DNA of 64,000 nucleotides from Octopus vulgaris (lineage: Eukaryota). The position numbers and the translations under genes were made by a program. The notes under the pieces were generated by a model that had not been told where the DNA came from, ran no database searches, and saw nothing but the letters and a program-made list of their open reading frames with translations. Shown here in pieces: positions 44,401-56,943 of this stretch (its first letter is position 1; every line of letters starts with the position of its first letter). The stretch lies in contig OX597814.1 in NCBI GenBank assembly GCA_951406725.2, positions 149,792,001 through 149,856,000 on the forward strand, written 5' to 3'.

Positions 44401-45980
44401 CATATATATACACACACGACACATACATACATACATACATACACATCTTACTGTCTGACAACCAGTCTTGTTTTACTTACGCTGCAATAAGTGACGGAGA
44501 CACAATACAAGAGTCTCTGTAACTTACTGGTCCGGCACAGAGTTTGCTAGAATAGAAACAAAACGTCAAAATAAGTATTAGGGTCGATTTAATTTACCAA
44601 ACCCGTCAAGGGATTTTCAAATATAGTCCTACTCCATTGACTGAATACAGTAAAAGAGTAAAATAGCTTTACATAAATGTTCTAATTTCTTGATATCTCA
44701 TTTAAAGTTACAAGAAGTCGGAAATGATATTATAGGATTATTGATAATATACTGTTCAAAAAAAGAACTCTTACATCTCTCATAAAATTAGTGATAAAAT
44801 AATTGTAATATTATCTTTTGCCACTTATAATGACATGAAATACAAGAATTCACATGTAAATTTTCGATATTTTCTATAGAATTGGTTGTAATCTTATATG
44901 AGCCGTACTATTTGGAACTAGAAATCTTATTACGAAAAACTAGTAAAGCCAAACAGCAACAACATTTCTGGAAGAATTACTGATATCTCGTGCAGAATTT
45001 ATAACAAGATATAATTTTAAAAGAGCATTGTGTAGAATATCTTCTGATAATGCACAATACAAATGAAACCCGTGATAGCTCGTGTAGAATGATTATCAAG
45101 TAGAATTGCTGATGCTTTATAATGAATATATTATAACACATAACCACAATGTACCAGATTCAATCTATTGTAAATTTTGTAGGATTGATAATGATAGTAA
45201 CAAAAATATCATAGCGATTTAAAGATACACACAGCAAAATCAGAGATAGCGTAACAAAAAATATAATGGGAAAATCGTGCTAATCTCTGTAGAATTAGTG
45301 ATAACCCATAATACGCAATATATTTTGAGATATGAGTGATAATGTGCACTGTCGAAAATATCATCTTGCCGTATTATATATTTTCTTAAGATTTCAAGAT
45401 CAAAACATAAAATCAAAATTGAACTTACAACTCATATATGATTTGTGCATGTGTTAAACATGCAACACTCATATCGTGTCGTATTACTGATATTTCCTTT
45501 AAAATTACTATCATTTATGTATTGTTATCGTTATATAAATTTGCTATCAGGTAAAAATTGTAATATCTTCTATAAAACTGTGGAGAAACAGGCAATACAA
45601 TATATCGACTTTATTAAGTTGTATCACCCTCAAAATTTGTGATCACACACATAGACATAATTATAATCTAACATTTATAAAACGAGACACAGTTATGGCA
45701 TAGGCAAGCAATACGGATCTTAGAATTTTATCCCTATGCAGATCTCAGCTAATTCGGCATACTAAATGTTATGAAGAATGCGAGATACCATTTATAGAAT
45801 TAATAGCACAGACTACGAGGATATGGCGAAATTCTGACTACTAGCGTGAAGCGATGCGATATTTGTAGTAATATCGCGCACACACACATATTTGAAATTT
45901 ACAGAAAAACAAGAGACGAAGACAGGTGTATAAACAACAAGCAGGTGTATTAGTTTGACGCTCGGGATGGTGAGAAAGTC

Positions 45981-46014
45981 TTTTACGTTTCGAGCCTACG
46001 CTCTTCAACAGAAA
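45981..46014 (-). ncRNA. Minimal hammerhead-like motif, CUGUUGA variant, in a Penelope-type fragment (~45890-46545)
   Basis: uuu-CUGUUGA-a-gagc-guag-gcuc-GAAA-CG-UA-aaa. Same family as 41070-41103. Confidence 0.65.
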
Positions 46015-46544
46015 GGAACACGGTGAAATAAACAGAGAGAGAAGAAAAAAACTTTTGGAGATAGCGGTCAATCATGGCGACTAGTTGGACAAAGGTAGTT
46101 AGACAGGAGAGCTAGGAAGAAGGGGAGATAATAATGTACTGCTGATCCCAAAATGAAGGTGTGTGTGAATGTGTGTATGTGTACGTGAGAGTGTGTAAGT
46201 GTGTGCGTGTGGATAGGAGCTGGTGATTTTCGCGTGTGGATGTGTGCGTCTGTAATGTGTGGGTGTGTGGATGATAGGGTGGGTGCTGGGAAGTGGTCAG
46301 TGGTAGTGTGCGCGGTGTGGGGTGAGGGTGGTGTGATGTGGTGTAGTGGTGTGGTGGTGTGTGGTGTGATGGTGTCAGGTTGCGGATTTGGGGAGTGGGA
46401 TGTCGGGTGGCAGTGAGTATGTGGGGTGGGGTGAGGATTTGGGGGTGGGGTGAGGATGTGGGAGTGGGGTGAGGATGTAGGAGTGGGATGAGTATGTGGA
46501 TGTAGGGTGGGTTATGTGGGAGTGGGTTATGTGGGGATGGATGG

Positions 46545-46860
46545 TGAATGGATTCCCCTATGCTCACACCTTTTCAGAAGCAGGTACGAGACAATTGCTT
46601 GCAGGCTCTTTTGGCAATGTGCCAAGAAAGTGGCAGATTTATCACACAGGATGAAACATGGGTCCATTACCATGATCCTGAGACTAAAGTCCTTTCGAAG
46701 CAATGGAAGCTGATAATTCAGCACCTTCAAACATGGCGCGTGTCCAACCCTCAACAGACATGGTGCTCACAGTCTTTTGAGACAGCACCAAAGTAGAGAG
46801 GTGTGGCATGCTGACCAAAGGAGTCCACTTTCTCAAAGACAACGCCCAATTCCCAATGCG
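46545..46860 (+). mobile_element. Decayed mariner transposase fragment
   Basis: WIP-MLTPFQKQVR...RFITQDETWVHYHDPETKVLSKQWK...RGMLTKGVHFLKDNA covers the WVP motif, the first D (TxDETW) and the second D (xDNA). Confidence 0.85.
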
Positions 46861-46900
46861 CATATATATATAAATATAAATAAATATAAATATGTATATA

Positions 46901-46965
46901 AAGGCGGTGCTCTAGCATGGCCGCAGTCAAATGACTGAAACAAGTAAAAAACGAAAGTAAAAAAA
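46901..46965 (+). mobile_element. Isolated 3' tail shared by SINE-B and CR1
   Basis: aaggcggtgctctagcatggccgcagtcaaatgactgaaacaagtaaaa. Confidence 0.8.
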
Positions 46966-46978
46966 ATAAATAATATCC

Positions 46979-47056
<78 letters not shown>

Positions 47057-47277
47057 CGCAAAGAGATAAGAAAAAAGAAGAAGCATCTCCTTATTCTTTT
47101 ATTCCTCTTATGTGTGTGACTCTGTGTGTGTGTATGTGTGTGTGAAGATGATAGGACGGGAATAAAAGAATAAGGAGATGTTTCTTTTATTTTATCCTTT
47201 TTCATCTCCTTATTCCTTTACTCCTTGCTCTTTGACGTCATTTCATAAATCTATGCCCTTCTCATTTTTCCCTATTT

Positions 47278-47333
47278 GTCTTTGATGACGGAATATCCCA
47301 TATTCTGGGATATCTCAGAAACTACTGTAAGAC
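47278..47333 (+). ncRNA. Minimal hammerhead motif (UUGAUGA) in a Penelope-type fragment
   Basis: gucu-UUGAUGA-cgga-auauccca-uauuc-ugggauau-cuca-GAAA-CUACUG-UA-agac. Stem I is gucu/agac and stem II is long. Confidence 0.6.
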
Positions 47334-47585
47334 TTTGAATTCTTTTCCAATAATAATAATATATATGACTTGAGATGTTTGCATTGCCTTAACGTTTGTT
47401 GTCCTGTTTAACAATTATATCTCCGCTATATCGGAAATCTGCAATGGCTCCTTAACTACCGTCTCGGCTACAACCTTGGAGCCTTAGTAATCCGTTACAG
47501 CACTTACTTAGCGTACCTATTCGTTTAGATCACCTGAGAACTAAACCCCCACACTTTGTATATATACATATCTATCAATCTACCG

Positions 47586-47648
<63 letters not shown>

Positions 47649-47668
47649 AATCTATCTATCTATCTATC

Positions 47669-47712
<44 letters not shown>

Positions 47713-48586
47713 CATACATACATACATATATACACATATATACATGTATATACATATATATACATATATATGTGCATATGTATGTGTGTGTGTTTGTATT
47801 TATATATGTATGTATGCATGTATGTATACGTACGCATATATGCACATATATATTTACATATACGCGCATATATTCTACATAAAATTTATCCATCTGTTTT
47901 CACGGAGCGTATATAACTGCACATGTGTGGTGTATATCTGGTGGTGTTTATTTCTCGTATCAGTGAGTGCGTGCGCGCTTGAGCGTGAAAGCGCGCGAGT
48001 GTGTATAGTATGGAAGTAGTATTAAAGGACGCTATTCTGCATTTAAAAAGAGACGTGGAGGAAGTAAAAGAATGAAACTGTGAAAGAGTGTCGGAAACGA
48101 GTTAGTGATATGCATACGTGTATGTATATGTGTGCATATGCAGATTGTTAAAGACAGTATAAGGAGGGAAGCAGACTGTTATAGAGAGGTTAAATCTTTG
48201 TGCGTATGTATGGGTGCATAGGTGTGAGCGTGTAGAAAAATCAATGAAAATAAAAGAGCAAAGAGAGAAAAGGAAATTCGAAAGAGGGAGGAGAGAAGAG
48301 TGTGTGTATATTTATGTTCATGTATATGTGTGGTGTGTCTGTGATGTATGTGTGAGACCGTGTGCGAGTTGTCTAGCTATACGTTTAAGTCTATACGCCA
48401 GAGATTGTGTGCGAATCGTCACGGTGTGAATTAAAACACAAAGAATGCGAGTGAAAGAAAATGAAAACCAAAAAATTTTTTAAAATTAAATATGCCAAAG
48501 AGAAAATGTGTATGTGCGTGTATAAGTACGTGATTATGTCTGATTATATTTGTAAGCATGTAGATGCGTCCATGTATATGTTTTCT

Positions 48587-48723
<137 letters not shown>

Positions 48724-51700
48724 TTATGTGAAATTACAAGAATTTGAGAGATGGTGCGATCTTTAATGACAAATTCTTTTAACCTTCAATCTGGAAATGT
48801 TTGCGTCTTTATTTTGACATAGAATCACTTTGAATTCCATTCCCCAATTTTTCTGTCTAAATTAAATCGAAATCCGTTAAATTTTTAGACACTAAAAGAA
48901 AAACAATGGTTTGAAATATAATCAAAAGAAATAAAAGAACAATTCGGAAAAAAAATATATAAAGAAAGAAAAAGCAGAAGCCAGTATCAAAGGAAGCTCA
49001 AGAAATTTGATTGACACAGACGATCACTTGTAGTTGTAATCAACAAATGTGTGTAAGTGAATGAGTGGTAGAAATAGTGGGACATAGAAGGTGAAAGAGA
49101 GGAAGAAAGTGTGGGACGTGTATGTGTGCTTACGTGCGTGTGTGTACACTTGCGTGTATTAAACGCTGTGAAAGAAAGTGAATGGGAAAGGGAGAAGTAG
49201 TGAGAATAAGTGCAGCTTATGATGGGCGATTGAAAATCTTTAAAAACGTTTTAGAAACTGCATAAAAGTTTAAACGGGAGAAGGGAAGACTAAGAGATAT
49301 AGGAAGAGCATAAGATAGTAATTTGTTGTTGAAGAGACGAAGCTATAAAATGAGTGACCACAATGAGAAAGTGAGAGGAAGAGACAAGCGAGAAGAGTGA
49401 CGATGAATTGTGAAAGAGCGAGTGGAAATTGACTTTGAGAGAGGCAGGAATACATAAAAAGACCGAGAAACAGAGAGAGAGAGAGAATGAGTGAGGTTTA
49501 AAGATAGATATTTATGTAAAAGTATCATAAAGTGATGCTAAAACAGATTTTGTGATGGGAGTTCGATTACCGATTGAACTTTACCTCACAAATCCAAAGC
49601 TAACTTCTACACAATGATTCGATCTGCCTGAAGCAGGAGCTAAATTAACCTCACATCATGTCATATCTTCTTTAAGAAAGAAGGAAAGGGTGGTCACATC
49701 TATTAATGAAAACATAGCTACTATTAGAATACGTTGGTTACGATTAGAATACTTTGTATAAGAATTTTTTTGCCATCATATTTGACCCAGGGTTAAATAA
49801 TATCATTGCAACCACAGCAACAATCTGTTAAACTTGTAGAGAGATATATTCAACAAAGTTAAGCAATGTCGTTTGTTGGGTTCCCTTTTTTTTTATCTTT
49901 CGAAGATAAACACAAGCCATTACCATTTTTCTTTGATTTTAGTTGATTTGGTTTTTGGTTTTGGTTTTTAATTTATACTTATTTATTGGGAATAGCAAGG
50001 AATTCTCCCTCATATCATCTAAGAAATTGAAAAGAAGCAAACACTGGATTTTGTAGCCCTGAAGATGAGAAGAGATCGGCATGACTGGTATGTCTCTGGT
50101 CAAAGGTTTGTTCGATCTGATCTGATAGAGAACTAAATAACAACAGCAACATGATGACACGGTGACTCGATGACTATTTGTCATGAAACGAGAAAAAAAA
50201 GAAAGAAAACGGTGTAAATATAGAAAGTGAGAAAAAATGTGTGCAAGTGAAATGAAAGAGTAGGGGAACGGAGTTCGAGAAAGAGGAAGAATTAATAGAG
50301 AGTGATAGTGGAAGATAAAGTTGTAGGTTAAAGAGAAAGACAGATGAAATTGAGTGAGTGACAAAATGAGCAAGAGAAGGCGAGAGTAGGTGAGTGAAAG
50401 GTGGACTTTATGAGTGATAAATGATTTTTGATTGATTAAGTGAGTGAGTGAGTAAATGAGTGAGTGAGTGAGTGGGTGAGTGAGTGAGTGAGTGAGTGAG
50501 TGAGTGGGTGAGTGAGTTAGCGAGTGAGTAAGTGTGTGGGTGAGTGGGTGAGTGACTCACTGACTGGCTGACTGTGTAAATGTGTAAGTGAAGAGAGAAG
50601 CTAGAAAATAATAGTGAATTATGCAACTGACGAAGTGAATTTGAGAGAAGAGGAAAAGAATGAATTGTAAGTGCTAAAGTGTGAGCGAGAAAATGAATGC
50701 GAGAGACTGACGGAAATAAGTGAGTGAGAAAGGGAAAGTGAAAGTGAAAGTGGAAGTGAAAAAGACAGCAAGGTGTCTAACATGATGGGAGATAATGACT
50801 GAGCACATTTGTTACATTTTCACCTTCGGTTATCGTTAAATCCTCGATGGTTTTATAATGAAACTTAATGATGCAAGAAATTGTTGAGAGCTACTTTACA
50901 GTTTTGACTTCACGGCAATTGTAAATAAACTGGCGATGGAGAGGAATATGCTGCGGGGGAAAAAGTTTAGGTAGTAAAATGTCGTGAATATTCATGATGT
51001 AAAATGTAAATGCTGTTTCTCTATTAAGCCCAAAGTGTTCGTTTATTTCAATGCTCATGTTGCTAAGCAGATAAAATAAATATCGCCCCTTTGATGGAAT
51101 GCCACAAGTCATTACAAGTATCATTTACATTTGGTTTGTTAACTTTTCCACCACTTAATGTATTTTCTGCATTAAGTGCAATATCTAAAAATAGACGTTT
51201 AAAATGCCGTTGTACTGGATTTGAACCTCACGACACATACTTTGCTGATTATCATGTACTACATTTCGGTTTTTACAATGAAGCAAGCTTTGGGTAGTTT
51301 ATATGTTAATAGTGGACTCTGATTAAAGTTCACTAAGCTGTGAGATAACGATGGTACAGAAGGGTCTATGACACCGCATTTAAGATCTTTGCTTCTTTAA
51401 AAAATACGAAGCCCACTTAAAGATCTGTTTCACGTAATTCCATTTCAGTTCTCTTTTCAGACAGATACTGTTGCATGTTAGAGTTGTTGTTTGAAACATC
51501 TCTGGCAATATCCAAACTAGTTGATATCTTAAAACGTTATTTAATCAAATGGTAAATATCCAAGCACAGTGTATACCACAGGCTACTCTTTAGATTAAAG
51601 GTATCTTGATAAATGAAGTTTACATTATGGTAAGGAGGTAGAGGTCAATGCACGGACGATTTGATCAGAATGTGTGCAGCTAACCTTACAGATATATAAA

Positions 51701-51790
51701 CTGTCTGATGAACGGCAACGAGAAACTCAGAGTAACAGATTTTGTTGAATTTTCTGCTGCTTAAAATAAAGTATATATATATATATATAT

Positions 51791-52432
51791 AATGCAAAGA
51801 AAATGGAGAATGCGTATACAGAATGATCAATATATTTATTATAATAATAGTCAATTCATGTTGCCTACGCGCGTTTCAGTTTTAATTACTTAAATCTATA
51901 TTAAGAAATTAAATTGCATTATGAATTTTAAAAAGCAAAATCCTTCGTCATGGCAAGAGTTTATCAAAGTAAAAAATTCTCTTTTCGATACATCCCCAAC
52001 GGATGTATTAAAACAGTAAAAACATTTTTCCATTCATCCTCAACGTTGGTATCCTATATTCCTATATAAGCCATAATTTAAGGCTGATACATGTCATAAA
52101 CTAGAAACGAAGATAAATCATACAAAATACACTACTGGCGATTGAATGTGCTGCCATAAATGCAATAATATTCGAAACGACCTCAAAATAGCAAAACTTC
52201 TCAACAGGGTGTATGACTACAGGAAAACTTGGGAAAATGAACTACTTTTAATTGATAGAATTATGCAAAATGATAAAAATGGTTTTTGCTTTTTAAAATT
52301 CGTAATGCAATTTAATTGCATAATGTGGATTTAAGTAATTAAAACCGAAACGCGCACAAGCAACATAAATGACTGTTATTATGATGAATTTATTGATTAT
52401 TCTGTATACACATTCGCCATTTTCTCTGCATT
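51791..52432. mobile_element. Penelope-type insertion with inverted terminal segments (51791-51943 and 52281-52432)
   Basis: The arms are reverse complements. The left arm region carries uugcc-AUGACGA-agg...acu-GAAA-CGCGCG-UA-ggcaa (51861-51956, minus). Internal 52046-52279 recurs inverted at 54991-55218. Confidence 0.75.
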
Positions 52433-52667
52433 GTAAACACTTTTCTCCTATATCGAAACGATGAAAATATATATAGTGAAAACTGTGACTTCAAGAGTGT
52501 AAGGTACTAATTATCGGAGAAGAACCAACTATAAGTACTAGTACATATGCACATGTGGAATTTCCAGTATCGTTAATTGGTAAGGAGCTAAAGCGATGTA
52601 CGCTTGGAGAGAATATCTTTAGGAAAGAACATACTTATATATACAATATATATATATATTGTATATA

Positions 52668-54522
52668 TAAGTCAGCTAAGCCCGATTTCACCCGGTCAGT
52701 TTGGATAATGTGGCTGTAAAACCTGCTCTGTGTAAGCATTCGACTTGTTTGGGCACGCTTACGTTAAAAAGTAATTTTAGAATATGCCATCAGTGACAAA
52801 GGCAGTCATGCTTAGCAGCTATGCCGACGACACAAAAGTTGCACAGTCAGTCAAGGAAACCTCTGATGCTACGCTCTTACAGAAGGATCTAGATACCATC
52901 TATACATGGGCTGAGGATAACAACATGCAATTTAATGCAAGTAAATTCCAGGCCCTCCGCTACCAGTTAAGCACTGCTCGGGAATCACGACATCAGTACG
53001 TTGGACCAAGTGGAGCAACGATCCAAGAATCAAATACGGTGCGTGATCTTGGAATAGAAATGAGCAACAATGCCTCATTTCACACACATATCAACAAAAT
53101 GGTTGCAGTATCCAGAAGACTGGCTGGTTGGATTCCGAGAACCTTCCGCACAAGGGACCAAGAAACTACGATGACACTATGGAAGTCATTTATCCTCAGC
53201 CGCCTGGACTACTGCTCTCAGCTATGGTCACCTTACACTACAAGGACGATAGCAGAGCTTGAAGCAGTCCAACGACATTACACAAAGAAAGTAGCATGAA
53301 TGGAACGATTGAGTTACTGGGATAGGTTGAAAGAGCTGCGACTCTATTCCCTGGAACGAAGGCGGGAGAGGTATGCAGTGATATATATATGGAAGATAGT
53401 GGAAGGACTGGTACCAAACTTTGGAATAAAGAGCTATACTAGACCACGAACAGGACGTCACTGTGCTGTCCCCATTGTGCCGACTGCTTCATCTCGGGCA
53501 AGGACGATGTACTGCAATAGCTAGGGTTTCAAGGGCCCACAGCTGTTTAACTCTCTGCCGAAGCATCTGAGGAGCCTCCATGAAGTGGATGTAGACGTTT
53601 TCAAACGTGAACTTGACCTCTGGCTCGCCGAGATCCCGGATGAGCCAATATCTAAGCAAGAAACTCAAAAAAGGGCAAAAGCCGCTCCGACAAAGGTGGA
53701 AAGTGGAAAGATGATTACAATGGCGGTGCTCCAGCATGGCCACAGTCATTGGACTGAAATATATAAGAGAATAAGAGAATAACAATGACTTTTTCTGTCA
53801 ATCGCTAAAAATAACTGACCAACAAAAAAAACAACCAAGATTCAACCAAATCAAAAAATAAACCCACATTGTAAGCGAACAAAGATGCAAAACAACAGAA
53901 ACAAGCATAAAAACTAAAGCAACAATTAAAAGAAATAAAACATAGGTAAAAAAAATCTTTTAAATTTTCAAAGGTCAAGAAACAACAAAAACATAATATC
54001 TGAAAAACATTAAATACCTTAACTTCAATGGGAAATATTACACAAAATTTAAAAACCAAAAGAAAAAAACATCTGAGACTGAAAAACAAATAACTGAAAC
54101 ACTACAAAAAAAGACTTCACAAAAGTCCATTGCGTGCGCACTCGCACACACACACAAACAAACACACACACACACATTCACATACACCCTTTTACATACA
54201 CACACATATATTCACACAGAGTTGAAACGCTGTTTGATTTATTTTTTCCGCGTACTATTTTCATCATCCCTCTACCAAGTATGACATCACCCTTTCCTTC
54301 CTTATTCATCTATTACCCTTTAGTTTCTCATTCGTAAGCACAAGAGTATTATTATAGCAGATTATCTCTGTAACCATGGGAGCTATGAAAAAATGCAAAC
54401 TCCAGCATCACCACCGGACCGTTCTACATATCTGTGTAATTTTTCGCGCAATTCCACCCAGCCGTTGGACCGTGAATCCCAAGACAAGAAAAAATCACCC
54501 ATGTCAAATTTATATGTATAGA
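52668..54522 (-). mobile_element. Probable non-autonomous Helitron interrupted by a CR1-clade LINE
   Basis: The minus-strand 5' end is A|TCtatacatataaatt at 54522. The 3' end has a GC-rich hairpin-like ccgggtgaaatcggg followed by cttagctgac, a degenerate CTRR end. Confidence 0.45.
52782..53783 (+). mobile_element. 5'-truncated CR1-clade LINE (RT C-terminal half through the 3' tail), pseudogenised by a stop at 53297-53299 and a frameshift near 53520
   Basis: YADDTK..LQKDLD.IY.WA..NNMQFN..K..RDLG..LWKSFILSRLDYCSQLWSP..LEAVQR..SYWDRLKELRLYSLERRRERY..IYIWKI..GPQLFNSLP..FKRELD. The tail ends in (AAGAGAAT)n. Confidence 0.93.
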
Positions 54523-54990
54523 TAAAATTTATTTCTTTGGTTGACAGAAATTTCTTGCTCGGAGTTTTACTATATAAAAACTTAAATGATTAATGATTAA
54601 TATTTTAGTTATTAACAAAATGGTTAACTCTGAGTAGATGAAAGCTAGAGTTTGAATGCTTGACTTTCAGTTAATTTTCTTTTATTCTTCTCGTCAGTCT
54701 TGGTAATGCTGGCAGTGTTCCATGGCTTTAGTTGATGCCCCTTCTTTAGTTGCGGAGATAAGGAAAACTAAATGTGGCTAGCGTAGTTGATGTTCACTGA
54801 CTAGAAAATTTTGGCAGAGATTTTGAGAATAAAGGATTTAGCATAGTGATTAATATATGACATACAAATATGAAACTGGTTTTTGGAGGAGTAGAAATCG
54901 ATGTAGTTACAATAGAAGAAGCGTTTAAGGATAATGTTGTAGTTTAGTTCCGCTTTACTTTTTAGTTTTGGTAGTTTGGTGGGTATTTGT

Positions 54991-55218
54991 TTTTTATCAT
55001 TTTGCATAATTCTATCAATTAAAAGTAGTTCCAAAATTTTCCTGCAGCCATACACCCTGTTGAGAAGTTTTGCTATTTTGAGGTTGTTTCAAATATTATT
55101 GTATTTATGGCAGCACATTTAATCGCCAGTCATGTATTCAGTATGATTTATCTTCGTTTCTAGTTTATGACTTGTATCAGCCTTAAATTATAGCTTCTCT
55201 AGGAATATAGGATATCAA
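54991..55218 (-). repeat. Inverted copy of 52046-52279
   Basis: Direct reverse-complement match; both translate to ELLLIDRIMQNDK. Confidence 0.9.
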
Positions 55219-56728
55219 TTCATGTTTACATTAGCATTCAATTTATGGCTTATACTTACCAATTGGATATTTATATTTAATCTTGTTGAGGAAAATTTCA
55301 AATTGTTCTGATACAAAATAATGTAGCAAAAGTCTAATATATTTTTGCTATATCTATATATAAGATGCCTTAGAAATTTGCTATGAATGTGCTATTTTGA
55401 GATTTGACCTACAGAGAGAAACTTTAAGTTTTTGTTCTTGGTTAGAATTTGTTACAGAGAAGCGTGTAGATCATTATCTCCTGACACGATATTACCTATT
55501 GTATGTTCGAGATTTTTACGGCAATTACATAAAAGTAGATTGTTAGACATTGGCAATTAGAGCAAACTTACAGTAATGACTTGGATGTTAAACTCGATCC
55601 ATCGCCCAATTTAGTGCTACCACATGACTCTGATGTGCCTTTAGTGAAGTCTCTTTTGTTGAAGCATTCGCTCCAGGTCCCAGAATAACTTCTTTTCTCC
55701 TTACCACTCAAAGAAACTCTGAAGAATACCATGGGAGCTACCCTTCTACTAAAACAATAAAAATATAAATCTTAGCTGAGTAGTTGGCTGCAAATAGTTA
55801 ATATTGAATATACATAACGCATTATGAATTACGTTTATATATTTATATATTTATTGGCTAAACTGGCAAAATGACCATTCCTAAATACAACAAATTATGA
55901 ATTACACTTTTACTTTAATAAAGAATACCAGTTACATTTTAATTTTAATAACTCTTTCATTAAAAAAATACAGTTTATTATCTTCATGGCATTATGAATA
56001 TGGGCAACACAGATGAAATAAGCACCAATAATTATTTAGATTTGTAGTTTATCTTATCTACTTTCGAGATGAGTGACAAAGCTGACCTTCGGATAATGCG
56101 AATTCAGAGTGCAAATCCAGTTAGATATTTTGTCCGTGGCTTTAATGTATTCGCCAGTCTGGCACTTTATTTCATCATCTCCATAATGACAAAAGGCAAA
56201 CTGACGTTGGTGGGATAGGAACTTTGAATGTAAAGATCGTTGTAAGTTAGTTTGAGGAGAAGTACCCATGGTATTTGCACGCCTACCGACACAGGCTAAA
56301 TTGATACGATTAGTGTTCAGCATGAACATTTCTTTGAGGGGAAAACGTGGCCAAAGAAGTGATTTCCAATGGGTTTCAGTTGTATGGGAAGATCCTGGGT
56401 AAATAGTTTGGATTGCAGTTTCGATGTGGTAAGACATAATGAGGGAACCATTGCAGTAGAAACAGTAGAGACAAATAGAGGAAACTGAGTATTTGCTGTA
56501 AGAGAATAAATTGCCAACTATTGCAATAACCTACACTGGATTGTACTATAGGATTATAGTACAGTAGTACTTCCCATACTTATGAGTAGTTCTGAAGTGT
56601 GGGTCCTACGTTATCTTTCTGAAAGGTAAGCATGTATGAATATATACCAGTATGAACGTCTTTAACTTAATGAAGTACAACCAAAAACTTATATATTATG
56701 TGTGTGTTCGTGCGCGCAAGCGTGTGTG

Positions 56729-56783
<55 letters not shown>

Positions 56784-56788
56784 ATGTA

Positions 56789-56859
<71 letters not shown>

Positions 56860-56862
<3 letters not shown>

Positions 56863-56943
56863 CTGAGTAATTCCTGACGGCATGTGCCTGATATATATAT
56901 ATATATATATATCAGGCACATGCCGTCAGGAATTACTCAGGGT
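56860..56943. repeat. Perfect 84-bp palindrome with an (AT)11 centre
   Basis: accctgagtaattcctgacggcatgtgcctg-(at)11-caggcacatgccgtcaggaattactcagggt. Confidence 0.97.

Noticed and set aside
46112-46567. 151-aa Pro/His/Thr-rich ORF
   Set aside because: It is the reverse complement of a low-complexity G/T tract within a repeat fragment.
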